Notes: generated from the sequence alone by a model not told the origin. A stretch of 41,624 nt of DNA from Candidatus Aenigmatarchaeota archaeon (GCA_030614705.1 JAUWTN010000002.1:1-41624); one strand, 5' to 3'. Positions 8,028 to 18,344 are shown, counted from the first letter of the stretch. A program made the numbers and translations.

Positions 8028-9260
8028 TTATTTTATTATTTCTTTCACTCTGTTTTTTGTTTTCCTGATTTCTTCTAATTTGTTTTTATTCCTTAAACTT
8101 TTTTGTATTTTCTCTTCAGCATCAAAAATTAGATTCATTATGAATTTCATATTTTCCAGATTATTCAATTTTTCTTTCCCGGCAGCAACAAGGACATATT
8201 TCTCCAGCATGCGATAAAGTTGATCTTCCTTGAATTTCAATAATTTAAGTTCCTTGATTTTTCCATCTCTTTCAACAAACAGTTTTTTGTCTTTCATATC
8301 TCCATACAGAACAATAGTGTCACAATCTATGACAAACAATCTTAAATCCTCATACGGAATTTCCATCCCCTCTATTTGTTTTTTCCTTATAAATTCATAT
8401 TTTGTTATTTTTTTTAGGTTATTGCTTACTTTCAACCCTTCTTTGGACACTCCAATCCAACTTGAATAAAATTTGAAAGGAATTTCTTCTTCTCCGGTTT
8501 TTGCTATTCCTTCAACAATACCTTGCGCTGTTGCTATCCCTTCTGTTATCTGGTTTTTTGGGTGACCAAAAATATCAAGAAAATTATCTTTGTTTAGCGA
8601 ATCTATCATTAAATAATCCGCTTTTGCTTTATTTAACATAACATTTTTAATTTTCTGCCCACAAACACTCAAAAATGAGAATACATATATATCATGGCAT
8701 GATTTGTCTAATAGACAACCTCCTTCAACACCTGTGCGTATAGAATTTCCCAAAATCTTTTGCAGACCTACTGAAGATTCCCTATATATCTCTATTGAAT
8801 CTATTTTTAATTTATTTTGTTTAAGATAATCAAGAGCAGTCAGCACAGTTTCATTTTCTTCTTCAATAAAATCACAACCCCACTTTTTAGATAATTTTAA
8901 TTCCACTTCAAATTCTTCTTTTGTAAATGCGGGGGGTTTTTCTGTAAAATGCCAAAAACCAAATTTCAAAGACTTTATCAGATGACTATAATGTAATTCA
9001 GAAGGTCCTGCATCATATATAAAAACTTTTTTTCTTAATTTTGAAGCATCTTGATATACATCAAATGTGTGGTCAAATATTTTTAACTTAATACTATATT
9101 CTTTTGCTTTTTTCTTTGCAAATTCCCTTCTTTCAGAATTTACTTCCACAATTCCCTCAAATTCAACAAAATCATATTTTTTCGATAATTGTAACAATTT
9201 CTCAAAACCATATTTTCCAAAAGTTCCGCAACCTATCTGATAAATATGAACCTTTTGCAT
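8028..9260 (-). CDS. Gfo/Idh/MocA-family NAD(P) oxidoreductase-like protein (410 aa)
   Basis: VHIYQIGCGTFGKYGFEKL Rossmann start, VFIYDAGPSELHYSHL, and the EKP motif (HFTEKPPAFTKEEFE). The C-terminus is Lys-rich and probably helical. Confidence 0.7.
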   Translation of the reverse strand: MQKVHIYQIGCGTFGKYGFEKLLQLSKKYDFVEFEGIVEVNSERREFAKKKAKEYSIKLKIFDHTFDVYQDASKLRKKVFIYDAGPSELHYSHLIKSLKFGFWHFTEKPPAFTKEEFEVELKLSKKWGCDFIEEENETVLTALDYLKQNKLKIDSIEIYRESSVGLQKILGNSIRTGVEGGCLLDKSCHDIYVFSFLSVCGQKIKNVMLNKAKADYLMIDSLNKDNFLDIFGHPKNQITEGIATAQGIVEGIAKTGEEEIPFKFYSSWIGVSKEGLKVSNNLKKITKYEFIRKKQIEGMEIPYEDLRLFVIDCDTIVLYGDMKDKKLFVERDGKIKELKLLKFKEDQLYRMLEKYVLVAAGKEKLNNLENMKFIMNLIFDAEEKIQKSLRNKNKLEEIRKTKNRVKEIIK

Positions 9261-9396
9261 AATTTATCTATTTTGGTTTTTATAAGTTATATACCAATAA
9301 AGTAATGTTTTAACAAGTAAACAAAAAGTCTGGAAAATTTCAGTTAATTGCTAAAATCATTTAGGGGTATTTATTATTTCAATGTGGTTATAGTTT

Positions 9397-9750
9397 ATGG
9401 GAAATGAAATAAGATATAATCCAATTCAAGCCAGTGTTGAAAGGGATTTAACAAAAGATAAATTGGACTATAATCCAATTCAGAATGGTACTAAAGAGGA
9501 TTTAGCAACCAAAGTGGAAGATTTCAAAACAAACTATTTACCTGAATTTTTAAATGAAATCAATCCAAAAACTGAACTAAGAGAACGGATAAGAAATGCG
9601 GAATTGTCAGGAAATCTTTCAACTCAAGCAGAGGCATATTTAAAAGTTTATCAAATCTATGTAGATGAAACCTCTAAATTTGAAGAATGTAGAATAGGTT
9701 ATGAATTGGAAGAGGCCTTGGAAAAAAGTCAATTAATGGTATTAAAATAA
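9397..9750 (+). CDS. Hypothetical protein (117 aa)
   Basis: ORF only. It contains a duplicated YNPIQ motif near the N-terminus. Confidence 0.55.
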   Translation: MGNEIRYNPIQASVERDLTKDKLDYNPIQNGTKEDLATKVEDFKTNYLPEFLNEINPKTELRERIRNAELSGNLSTQAEAYLKVYQIYVDETSKFEECRIGYELEEALEKSQLMVLK

Positions 9751-9786
9751 TTTTAGATATTTATCATTTAATAATAACAATATATT

Positions 9787-10536
9787 ATGAAAGCTATAAA
9801 TAATACTGATGCTTATCTAAAAAAAATCCGTCCTGAGTTAAGAAAATATACCTTGAATCTTCTGAAGGAAGTTGATGAAAAAGATGAAACCAGCTGGACA
9901 AATAGAATAAATGTTTGTATTAGATCAGGGAGTTTATTAGGCGAAATTGATGATTATCTCAGGGCAATCAAAGAAATTTCACAAAAAGAGGAATATTCTC
10001 ATCTTGTCAGTGACAGCGCTCTTGAAGATATAAAAAAGATATCCAAAAATATTGAATCTGTATATGACCTACAAAGGAACACTTTATATTACCCAAAAGA
10101 AAAAGAATTTGAACCTTTAGATAATTTAGAAGTGGATATGACCGAATATAACAAAAATGGCGCATTCAAAAATGTTATTCATTACCATTGTGAAAGTAAT
10201 GGAAAAACCAGAGACGGCACTCTTTTCCTTAGAGATGATGAACTTAGTGACCTCTTGGAAAGTATCGAAGCCCATGACAACAAAACGGAAAGCCTTAAAT
10301 ATTATCGAAAGAAGATAAAATCCAGGAAAGCGGCTGGAAAGCGGATAATACTCAGCACCTCAGATAAAGAAATCCTAAAAAATATTGAATTTGATGGAAT
10401 AATACCAAAAAATGCATTAACTCCGCAAAATCACACCCAGATGATTGATGAAAATATTATTCATTACAAAAATGGTTCTCTGCTATTTACTAATTTTGGT
10501 TATAACCTGCTTCAAAAAGTAAATGAACTATATTAA
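9787..10536 (+). CDS. Hypothetical protein (249 aa)
   Basis: Long ORF co-directional with its neighbours. No family recognised. Confidence 0.65.
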   Translation: MKAINNTDAYLKKIRPELRKYTLNLLKEVDEKDETSWTNRINVCIRSGSLLGEIDDYLRAIKEISQKEEYSHLVSDSALEDIKKISKNIESVYDLQRNTLYYPKEKEFEPLDNLEVDMTEYNKNGAFKNVIHYHCESNGKTRDGTLFLRDDELSDLLESIEAHDNKTESLKYYRKKIKSRKAAGKRIILSTSDKEILKNIEFDGIIPKNALTPQNHTQMIDENIIHYKNGSLLFTNFGYNLLQKVNELY

Positions 10537-10551
10537 CAAGTTTATAACATT

Positions 10552-10971
10552 TTGATTATGAAATCTTCAAGAAGAAATATAAATATTCTTTACAAAGGAC
10601 CTCAGGTAGGATTAGAATACAAAAAAATAGTAAAAGATATATTAAAAAGAACAGGGAATAAATTAAATATCAGTTTTGTTGACGAAGATTTATATTATGC
10701 TGAGGAAATGGTACTAGAATATTTAAATATAAATCCCGAATATAATCTTATTATAATTAATGTGGAAAATAAAGAAATGAATCCTCATGAGATATATGAT
10801 TTCCCTAAAGAATGCAAAAAATTATCAGAAGGTATTCTGATAGCAGAAACAACAAAAACTTATTTAGAAACTCCCAGCGGGAAACTGGGTATTTTTAGCA
10901 GTAGCACACCGATATTTTTTGGCGAACCTTATGATTATATGCCTATATTGACAAGATATGGTTTATTATAA
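10552..10971 (+). CDS. Hypothetical protein (139 aa)
   Basis: ORF only. Its 3' end overlaps the convergent corA-like gene by 6 nt. Confidence 0.55.
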   Translation: MIMKSSRRNINILYKGPQVGLEYKKIVKDILKRTGNKLNISFVDEDLYYAEEMVLEYLNINPEYNLIIINVENKEMNPHEIYDFPKECKKLSEGILIAETTKTYLETPSGKLGIFSSSTPIFFGEPYDYMPILTRYGLL

Positions 10972-11868
10972 CCGAATTCTAAAATACACTAAAAGAGAAA
11001 CCCCTATTATAAACATTGCAGAAACCAGATACATGGCAATACAAGGATTATTCTGGAAAGGGAGCGAGATATTCATCCCATAAAAACCAGATACTGCTGT
11101 TGAGATACCTAAAAATATTGTGAATATCGTAAGAATTGTAATTGTTTTATTCATCTTATTTGACAATAAAATTGTCTGATAATTTCTCAGATTGGATATT
11201 GTTTTTAGGGAAGATTTACACAGGTTCAGACCCTGATTTGAATCAATAACCAAATCCTCCATAGTTTCTTTATCCTCTTCGAAAAATTTGACCTTCTTAA
11301 TCAACCTTTCATAAATCAAACTTGTGTGTTGGTAAGAAAAAATAAGATTATTTAATTTTTCTTCCTGTTGCAATAAAATTCTCAAATCCTTTTCGCGAAT
11401 TTCTGTTGTGGAGCTTTTTTTCGCATTTACTATTTTTACAATTCTTATGGTTTCTCTTTCAGACCTGTCGTTTATTAGGGAAAGGAATTTTATCAAAGAT
11501 TTTAGTTTTTGAGTTGTTGTTATTTTGATTTTATCTTCAATCACAGATTTAATAAACGAAGGTTCTTTTGAAGATAATGTCAATAAAAATTTATCAGTTA
11601 TCAAAATTAAACAGGTTCCTAAAAATTCTTCTTTCCCGGAAATTATTTTTGCAATAATATAAATTTCATCATCATCAAATTCCACCCTTGGAACTTCATT
11701 CCTGTCCAGCCCGGAAAGCAGGTTTTCTTTATCCAATTTGAATTCGTTTGTGAGAAAATCTATTTCTTCATTTGTTGGATTAATAACATTTATCCAGCAC
11801 CCTTTGCTAAACTCATCTATCTTTTTTAGTCTCCGGTCATTCAAGGTTCTTTTATAATAGGTTATCAT
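10966..11868 (-). CDS. corA: CorA-family divalent cation (Mg2+/Co2+) transporter
   Basis: 300 aa with two C-terminal TM helices flanking the signature FYGMNISLPF (GMN motif). Confidence 0.85.
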   Translation of the reverse strand: MITYYKRTLNDRRLKKIDEFSKGCWINVINPTNEEIDFLTNEFKLDKENLLSGLDRNEVPRVEFDDDEIYIIAKIISGKEEFLGTCLILITDKFLLTLSSKEPSFIKSVIEDKIKITTTQKLKSLIKFLSLINDRSERETIRIVKIVNAKKSSTTEIREKDLRILLQQEEKLNNLIFSYQHTSLIYERLIKKVKFFEEDKETMEDLVIDSNQGLNLCKSSLKTISNLRNYQTILLSNKMNKTITILTIFTIFLGISTAVSGFYGMNISLPFQNNPCIAMYLVSAMFIIGVSLLVYFRIRL

Positions 11869-11901
11869 AATTAACAGAAGGAATATACTTAACGCTTAAA
11901 A

Positions 11902-13146
11902 CTATATCTCATCAGTTTCCGGTTCAGAATAAAGGTTAACAGGACTTTTATGGCTTGGTTCTGGTGAATGAATTAATTCAAGAAAAAACAAATTCTCAAG
12001 ATTGATTATTGCATGACCGCTTTTTCCTTTTATTCCAAAAGGTTTTGTGTAATAATTTTCAGAATATAAAAGTTCAACGCATGTCATCCATTTTTTATTT
12101 ATAAAAACGCGAAACTTAAAAAAATCCATTCCGTCCAGTTTCTTTGAAGTAATTGAATATCTTATCCCAAAATTATCAAAATATTTCCTGAAAAAATTAA
12201 ATAATTCTTTTCGCGTGTCCATATATTTTTCTTCGTCTGTGAGAAACAGCAGATTTAATTTAAGATAATTCACGTTGTAAAAAAACTGTTTATTCCAGGT
12301 TGTATTCTCAATCGCTTTGTAAAAAGCAAAAGGTATCTCGCTAAAAATCCAACCCTCAATTTTTGTTTCAATTTTTGGAATTTTTCCGGTCAGGTAATAA
12401 GCTTCATAAAATAATTCTGCATCTACGGGCTTTGACAAAAATTCTGAAAAAATTTCTTTTGGAATATATTTCATAAGTGCTTTATCTTCTATTGAATTTA
12501 ACGGAGTTGCCAAAGGAACATAAATTTCTTCTGCTTCAAAAACTTTTTCTAATTCTTTAATAAAATTTTCCCTTATCCTGCGGATTTTCTTCACGCCTTC
12601 TGGAAGATACATATTTTTATCTTTTAGAATTCCTTTTTTCAAAAGTCCTTGTTTGGTGGCTTCTTCAGAAGGATTTTTTTCAACAGTTGTCTTTGTTTCA
12701 CTCTCAAAAATAATCTTATCTGTTTCTCCTGAAACTTTTTCTTCCAATAACATCACCGCTCTTTCAATAAAATTGTCCCTCAAAAATTCCTTCTCAACAT
12801 CCTTGAAAACTATCTTACAGGTTTCCCCATTGCAAACAACTGCTCTTGCAACAGGTATTTTAACTTTTCCTGTAAATTCACAAGGGAAAACAATTTCGCA
12901 GGAAGTCAAATAATAATCCCTAATTCCAAGTTTATGTTCCTTCAATTGTTCGCTCAGTTTTTTTATCAATATTAAAACATATTTAGATAAATCCTTGTCC
13001 CCAAAAAGACTGATATACATCCGGTTTGCGGAGTGGATTGCGGAAACAAAATATTCCTCTTTTTTCAATTTAGTCTGGATTTCCAAAAAAAGTTTCTCAT
13101 CCAAATCCCTCGAAAACTTTATGAGTAATTCTAATTGAGATTCCAT
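11902..13146 (-). CDS. Hypothetical protein (414 aa)
   Basis: Long ORF. It has only a faint resemblance to the class II aaRS-like core layout (see findings). Confidence 0.7.
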   Translation of the reverse strand: MESQLELLIKFSRDLDEKLFLEIQTKLKKEEYFVSAIHSANRMYISLFGDKDLSKYVLILIKKLSEQLKEHKLGIRDYYLTSCEIVFPCEFTGKVKIPVARAVVCNGETCKIVFKDVEKEFLRDNFIERAVMLLEEKVSGETDKIIFESETKTTVEKNPSEEATKQGLLKKGILKDKNMYLPEGVKKIRRIRENFIKELEKVFEAEEIYVPLATPLNSIEDKALMKYIPKEIFSEFLSKPVDAELFYEAYYLTGKIPKIETKIEGWIFSEIPFAFYKAIENTTWNKQFFYNVNYLKLNLLFLTDEEKYMDTRKELFNFFRKYFDNFGIRYSITSKKLDGMDFFKFRVFINKKWMTCVELLYSENYYTKPFGIKGKSGHAIINLENLFFLELIHSPEPSHKSPVNLYSEPETDEI

Positions 13147-13180
13147 AAATTAAGGAGTAAGTTTATAATTAGAGATTTAT

Positions 13181-13480
13181 TTAATAATAACCCTGTTCTA
13201 ACCTGAATTGCAATGAATCACTTATTTTATCTTTTGGAAAATATTCAAAAGGAAATTTTTCCTGTTCCGGATTGCATATCGGACAATTATAATTAGTTAT
13301 AAGTTCTGAAGTATATTCCCTATGATTATCTATAACCACGCATCCGCAATCCTGACACTGAGAATAATATAATAAACAAGCATCATCTCCTGCCACACCA
13401 ACTAAGATACCTTTACCTAAATTTTGGAGCAAATCAAATCCCGGTTCAGCTTCTGAATATGAATCTATATTTTCAACCAT
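13181..13480 (-). CDS. Hypothetical zinc-ribbon protein (99 aa)
   Basis: CQDCGC...CPICNP cysteine pairs. A TATA-like GTTTAAATA (plus strand) lies ~25 nt upstream of the ATG. Confidence 0.6.
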   Translation of the reverse strand: MVENIDSYSEAEPGFDLLQNLGKGILVGVAGDDACLLYYSQCQDCGCVVIDNHREYTSELITNYNCPICNPEQEKFPFEYFPKDKISDSLQFRLEQGYY

Positions 13481-13540
13481 AAACTAAAGATATAAAAAAA
13501 GTTTAAATATTACTTTAAAATAACTAATTATTCAATAAAT

Positions 13541-13735
13541 TTAAAGATTACTATTATCTACTCTTTTAAGCCAAATAATTTCTTTAGCATCAATTAAAGC
13601 TTCTACCATAGATTTATAAACACCTGACTCAATCTTATTTTCATATGCAGCCTCGGCTTCTTCTACAGATCCATAAACTCTAAGCTCAACCAAAGAGTTA
13701 TATATTTCCATAGGATTTTCTATTTTTCCTTTCAT
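13541..13735 (-). CDS. Hypothetical small protein (64 aa)
   Basis: ORF only, with a TATAAATA-like box ~25 nt upstream. Confidence 0.45.
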   Translation of the reverse strand: MKGKIENPMEIYNSLVELRVYGSVEEAEAAYENKIESGVYKSMVEALIDAKEIIWLKRVDNSNL

Positions 13736-13817
13736 ATTCTATATAACTATAAAATTATAAATACTTCACTTAACAGTAAAAAATTGTAAATAAAAACAAA
13801 ATTCATTAAAAATTGGA

Positions 13818-15443
13818 TTAATAGCCCATTCCGCCCATCCCTCCAGGAGGCATTTGCGGCATGCTGGATCTTCCGGCTGTGATTATGTCGTCTATTCTCA
13901 AAATCATCTCTGCTACATCTGTTGCTGATGAAATTGCCTGTACTTTTATTTTTGTTGGTTCCACAACACCAAGTTTATCCATATCATCTATTTTTCCTTC
14001 AAAAACATTTATTCCATATCCTGTATTTCCAGCTTCATGTTTGCTCTTTGCTTCAACTAACAATTCAACTGCATCTTTCCCGGCACTCTCTGCAAGAGTC
14101 CTTGGGATTATCTCCAAAGCTTCCGCAAAAGCATTTATTGCAAGTTGTTCTTTTCCGCCCACAGTAATTGCATAAGCTCTTAGTTTCTTTGCTGCTTCTA
14201 TCTCGACTGCTCCTCCTCCATACACATATGAAGAAAGTTCTAATGTTGATGCAACTCCTAACACCGCATCGTCCATTGCTCTTTTTGCTTCATCAACTAC
14301 ATGCTCTGTTCCGCCTCTTATCAATATTGAAACTGCTTTTGGCTCTTTGCATTCTCTCACAAAAACCATTTTGTCCTCGCCGATTTTCTTTTCCTCGACA
14401 ATTCCAGCCATTCCAAAATCTTCTGAAGAGATTTCATTCACGCTTGAGATTATTCTTGCTCCAGTTGCTTTTGACAATTTTTCCATATCGCTTTCTTTGA
14501 TTCTTCTAATAGCGACAATTCCATATTTTGCCAAGTAATACTGAACCATATCATCAATTCCTTTCTGGCAGAATACTACTTTTGCTCCGCTGTCTTTTAC
14601 TTTTTCCGCAATATTCTTAAGCATTTTTGATTCCTGGTCCGCAAAAGCCTGCATTTTCTCAGGGTCTGTTATTGAAATCTTTGCGTCTGTTTCTGTGGAT
14701 TTTACTTCAAGAGCTGCATTGATTAAAGCAATTTTCGCATCTTTGGTTATTTTTGGCATTGCTGAATGAACAATCTCTTTGTCAATTACAATTCCTTTTA
14801 TAAGTTCTGTGTCTTTGATTGAACCTCCCTGCTTTTTTTCTATCTGAATGTCTTCGGGATTAATCACAGTTTTTCCGTTTTCTTCGTAGGCAACGCATTT
14901 TATTGCATTCACTGCCAGATCTGAAAGCTCATCTTTTGAACTCTCAATTCCTTTTCCGGTCATAGCTGTAAGAGCCACTTTTCTGAGATTTTCCATATCA
15001 CTCAAAGAAATCTTTTTGCCAATAGTCCCAAGTGATTCTATTGTTTTGTTCATTGCCAGTCTGTAACCTTTTACAATTGTTGTTCTGTGAATTCCCTGGT
15101 CAAGCAAATCACCGGCTTTCTTCAAAAGCTGACCTGTCAAAACAACTGCTGTTGTTGTGCCATCACCAACTTCCTGTTCCTGTGTTTTTGCCACTTCTCT
15201 AATCATCTTTGCTGCGGGATGCTGTATCTCCATTTCTTCAAGAATTGTAACACCATCATTTGTGATTGTTATATCTCCTGTAGAATCTACAAGCATCTTA
15301 TCCATTCCCTTTGGTCCCAATGTGCTCCTGACTATCTCTGAAACTGAAATTGCAGCGCTGATATTTGCTCTCTGCGCGTCTTTTCCTGTTTGTCTTAAAA
15401 CATCGTCTGATAATACAAGTATTGGTTGATTATATTCGCTCAT
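13818..15443 (-). CDS. ths: Thermosome subunit (group II chaperonin)
   Basis: 541 aa. Motifs: [30 protein letters not shown], and a C-terminal GGMGGMGY tail. AGGTGA SD ~6 nt upstream of the ATG. Confidence 0.97.
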   Translation of the reverse strand: MSEYNQPILVLSDDVLRQTGKDAQRANISAAISVSEIVRSTLGPKGMDKMLVDSTGDITITNDGVTILEEMEIQHPAAKMIREVAKTQEQEVGDGTTTAVVLTGQLLKKAGDLLDQGIHRTTIVKGYRLAMNKTIESLGTIGKKISLSDMENLRKVALTAMTGKGIESSKDELSDLAVNAIKCVAYEENGKTVINPEDIQIEKKQGGSIKDTELIKGIVIDKEIVHSAMPKITKDAKIALINAALEVKSTETDAKISITDPEKMQAFADQESKMLKNIAEKVKDSGAKVVFCQKGIDDMVQYYLAKYGIVAIRRIKESDMEKLSKATGARIISSVNEISSEDFGMAGIVEEKKIGEDKMVFVRECKEPKAVSILIRGGTEHVVDEAKRAMDDAVLGVASTLELSSYVYGGGAVEIEAAKKLRAYAITVGGKEQLAINAFAEALEIIPRTLAESAGKDAVELLVEAKSKHEAGNTGYGINVFEGKIDDMDKLGVVEPTKIKVQAISSATDVAEMILRIDDIITAGRSSMPQMPPGGMGGMGY

Positions 15444-15514
15444 TTTTTCACCTAAATATAATTAGATTTTAAATTTAAAAAGGGTCTAAATTATAATCTA
15501 ATCCTAATGAATAT

Positions 15515-16273
15515 TCAAAATCCATAAAGATAATCTGTAACTGGTTCAGTAACTCTTTTTAAAAACCTGCGACCAGAATTTAAAGGGGTTTCTCTTAATT
15601 CCATTATAGCCTCTGAATCAACATATAAATCCAATTCATTAATATATCCATCCATACCATCATTCATGAGTAAATTTTTTCCATTATCAATAAAAGATTT
15701 TGCAATTACACGCATTTCAAGTAAATCAGAATCCATACCTAAAGAGAATGTTTGGTCTATTTCTCCTTCTTTTTTTGAAGGAGTTTTATATTTGGTAGCA
15801 AGTAATCTCATAAAAGGATTGTCTTCTTTTAATCTTTCTACCAACTCAGATTCATATACAATTTCATGTGAATTTTCATATACAAATTCAGCTGCAGTAT
15901 TCAAATCCAACATTCTTTTAAGTTCATATCCTTCCACTTCATACCCATCTTCAGAATATTTGGGAACTATCTGGTTTGGACTTTCTCCACCTATATATAA
16001 ATTTGCACTATTATAATCCCCGTTTAAATCAGCCAAATCCTCCACCAATTTGAGATATAAATTATCCAACTGACTTTCAAGAGGTTTAATCTCTAGAATT
16101 GCCACAATGCTGGAATCAATACCAAACATATTAAAAGTTCCACCATCAAGAGGAATCTTCACATAATCAATTCTTCCTTCTTCAATATCCTCAACTAAAT
16201 TTGAATAAATAAAACCCATATTACGGCCGTAACCGAGTTTTCCTGCTTTTCCCTTAATATTCCTCCAAACCAT
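15515..16273 (-). CDS. Hypothetical protein (252 aa)
   Basis: Long ORF; acidic; no family recognised. Confidence 0.65.
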   Translation of the reverse strand: MVWRNIKGKAGKLGYGRNMGFIYSNLVEDIEEGRIDYVKIPLDGGTFNMFGIDSSIVAILEIKPLESQLDNLYLKLVEDLADLNGDYNSANLYIGGESPNQIVPKYSEDGYEVEGYELKRMLDLNTAAEFVYENSHEIVYESELVERLKEDNPFMRLLATKYKTPSKKEGEIDQTFSLGMDSDLLEMRVIAKSFIDNGKNLLMNDGMDGYINELDLYVDSEAIMELRETPLNSGRRFLKRVTEPVTDYLYGF

Positions 16274-16322
16274 CTTTATTACCTAAATATAATAGTAAAA
16301 AAAATTTAAAATAGAAATTCAA

Positions 16323-17048
16323 TTAATTAATCTTATATTCCAGGGTAAGATATTTGAAGGGTTCTATTAAAGGATTGATTTTAAATAATACATCCCTAAC
16401 GCCTGTGTTATATAAATCAAAGCTCATGCCTCTATTCCTTTTGTTTTTTGCGGATAGTTTCGTTATATTACAATGATTTTTTTCCATTGTTTCTTCCAGA
16501 CCACTAAATATGCTCTCTATATCTCCCAAGTCACTTCGTTCGCAAAATTCTAATTCCAATTCATTATTTGGTTCTAAGTTTTTAAATCCAAGTTCTGTCA
16601 ACCCCATGCATTTATTAAGTTCTATTGTTCTTTCTATTGCATCTTTTATAATATTTTCATCATTTAAATTTACTCTACTTTGATCATAAAATATGGAAGG
16701 TATCTCTTTTAAACCATCAGGAATTGATGTTCCCTCAACAAATGGAGGGTTATATGTTGTATAAGGATTCTCTATTTCATAAACACCTATTTTACTGCCG
16801 GATAATTCTCCATACACCTTATATTTATCTATTTTCACATTAGCACAGTATTTCTTCAGCTTATCGGAAATTTCCTGTTTTTTACTTTGAAATGAATTAT
16901 GTGCTTCATTCACATAAATCTTATAATTATCATCTATTTTATGAACTGGTCCCCCAAATTCATTTTTAATCTTCAATTCATCGCATCCTTCTTCATATGA
17001 CTTTTTCACCATTATAAAATAATATTTAAATTTATTTATACTTGGCAT
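16323..17048 (-). CDS. Hypothetical protein (241 aa)
   Basis: Long ORF; no family recognised. The start could instead be the internal Met13. Confidence 0.65.
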   Translation of the reverse strand: MPSINKFKYYFIMVKKSYEEGCDELKIKNEFGGPVHKIDDNYKIYVNEAHNSFQSKKQEISDKLKKYCANVKIDKYKVYGELSGSKIGVYEIENPYTTYNPPFVEGTSIPDGLKEIPSIFYDQSRVNLNDENIIKDAIERTIELNKCMGLTELGFKNLEPNNELELEFCERSDLGDIESIFSGLEETMEKNHCNITKLSAKNKRNRGMSFDLYNTGVRDVLFKINPLIEPFKYLTLEYKIN

Positions 17049-17083
17049 AACCAGAAACTTATAAGTTCCTTTTTATCTGATTT

Positions 17084-17491
17084 CTAACTATGCTGAATGC
17101 TGTACATAACTGAAGTAATATATAGGTTTTCAAGACCTTCCCTTACACCTTCTCCGGTTGCTACATTTTTTTCTTCCAACATATTCCCTATTATTCTTTC
17201 TACATCATTCCCTAATTCTATTCCTGTCTCCACTCCTTCTTTCCCTCTAAGAACACACCTTGCAAATATTTGTGCGTAATTTACACTGCAAAGCTCATTA
17301 GGTTCAGGCAATATAATCCCATAAGCAATAAGTTCAGGACGGGTGGTTTTTCCTTTCCTTATTTCCTGAAGAAAAGTATTGTAAACTTCTTGGTCTAATG
17401 TTGCAAAAGACTTATTATATACCTCAGGAGTCATCAATTTTCCAACAAAATTCTTGGTACGAGAGTCAAGTTCACTGAAGTTTTTAATCAT
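17084..17491 (-). CDS. Hypothetical protein (135 aa)
   Basis: ORF only; divergent from rps10 across a 43-nt spacer. Confidence 0.6.
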   Translation of the reverse strand: MIKNFSELDSRTKNFVGKLMTPEVYNKSFATLDQEVYNTFLQEIRKGKTTRPELIAYGIILPEPNELCSVNYAQIFARCVLRGKEGVETGIELGNDVERIIGNMLEEKNVATGEGVREGLENLYITSVMYSIQHS

Positions 17492-17495
17492 AATG

Positions 17496-17531
17496 AATTA
17501 AAATATCCTTAAATAAATTAAAATATCCTTA
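17496..17531. repeat. Perfect 16-nt direct repeat AATTAAAATATCCTTA x2 (20-nt period) filling a divergent promoter spacer
   Basis: The copies lie at 17496-17511 and 17516-17531. Each carries a TTAAAATA TATA-like box, and the copy distal to each gene lies 31-33 nt from that gene's ATG. Confidence 0.6.
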
Positions 17532-17534
17532 TTT

Positions 17535-17855
17535 ATGCAAAGAGCAAGAATCAAATTGTGGAGTAAAGATCAGGAAAAATTAGAAGATACCGCAAAAAAC
17601 ATAAGAGAAATGGTTGAGAAGCTCGGAGCAAGCGTAAGAGGACCAATCCCGCTTCCAACAAAAAAATTGAAATTATATGTAATGAAACAGATAAAAACCG
17701 GAACGGGTCACGGAAATGGACATTTTGACAAATGGTCAATGAGAATCCATAAAAGAGTTCTTGAAATAGGGGAAAGTGAAAGAGCTTTGCACCAGATAAT
17801 GAGACTTCAGATTCCTGAAGAAGTTAACATTGAAGTCACAATGAGGGAAATTTAA
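17535..17855 (+). CDS. rps10: 30S ribosomal protein uS10
   Basis: ARIKLWSKDQEKLEDTAKNIREMVEKLGASVRGPIPLPTKKL... is the typical S10 fold signature. Confidence 0.9.
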   Translation: MQRARIKLWSKDQEKLEDTAKNIREMVEKLGASVRGPIPLPTKKLKLYVMKQIKTGTGHGNGHFDKWSMRIHKRVLEIGESERALHQIMRLQIPEEVNIEVTMREI

Positions 17856-17875
17856 ATTTTTGTAATTACTAATTT

Positions 17876-18298
17876 ATGGATAAATATCAAGGTGAATATT
17901 TCAGTATAGAAACCACAAGCAATCGGGATGATTTAAATAGCTCTAACTGGTGGCATGCCAGAAGATTAAGATTAAATAAACCATTAAATAAAAAAGAATT
18001 TCAGGGGATTATAAGGGAAAAAGAGGGATTTAATTATTTGGAAGCTCCTGAAGGATACGCAACCAAAATACTTGAAATTACAGAAAGAAAATTTTTACCA
18101 AGTATTTTTGGAAACACAAAACAAAAACTGAGTGGCGTTTTTGATGAAACAAATATACTTTATGAAGTCAATATAGTGCCATTAATTGTTGAGTATGGTG
18201 AAGGAATGTTGGGGTGGGCTGAAACAGACAAAGGAGCCCGTTATCTGAAATTCCCTTATCTTGCGTACCAGCATGCAAAGAAGAGATTCGGAAGATAA
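17876..18298 (+). CDS. Hypothetical protein (140 aa)
   Basis: ORF between rps10 and rpoD; no family recognised. Confidence 0.6.
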   Translation: MDKYQGEYFSIETTSNRDDLNSSNWWHARRLRLNKPLNKKEFQGIIREKEGFNYLEAPEGYATKILEITERKFLPSIFGNTKQKLSGVFDETNILYEVNIVPLIVEYGEGMLGWAETDKGARYLKFPYLAYQHAKKRFGR

Positions 18299-18344
18299 GC
18301 TAATCAACAAAATCCCCTATAATAAAAAATTTCGAATCTAATTA

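Noticed and set aside
9397-10536. Possible paralogy between the adjacent 117-aa and 249-aa proteins (RERIRNAELSGNLSTQAEAYLKVY versus NRINVCIRSGSLLGEIDDYLRAIK).
   Set aside because: Only ~7 identities over ~29 residues by eye, which cannot be distinguished from chance without a statistical alignment.
13861-15429. Six plus-strand ORFs (63-110 aa) inside the thermosome gene.
   Set aside because: They are antisense to a high-confidence conserved gene and give low-complexity Leu/Ser/Phe-rich translations.
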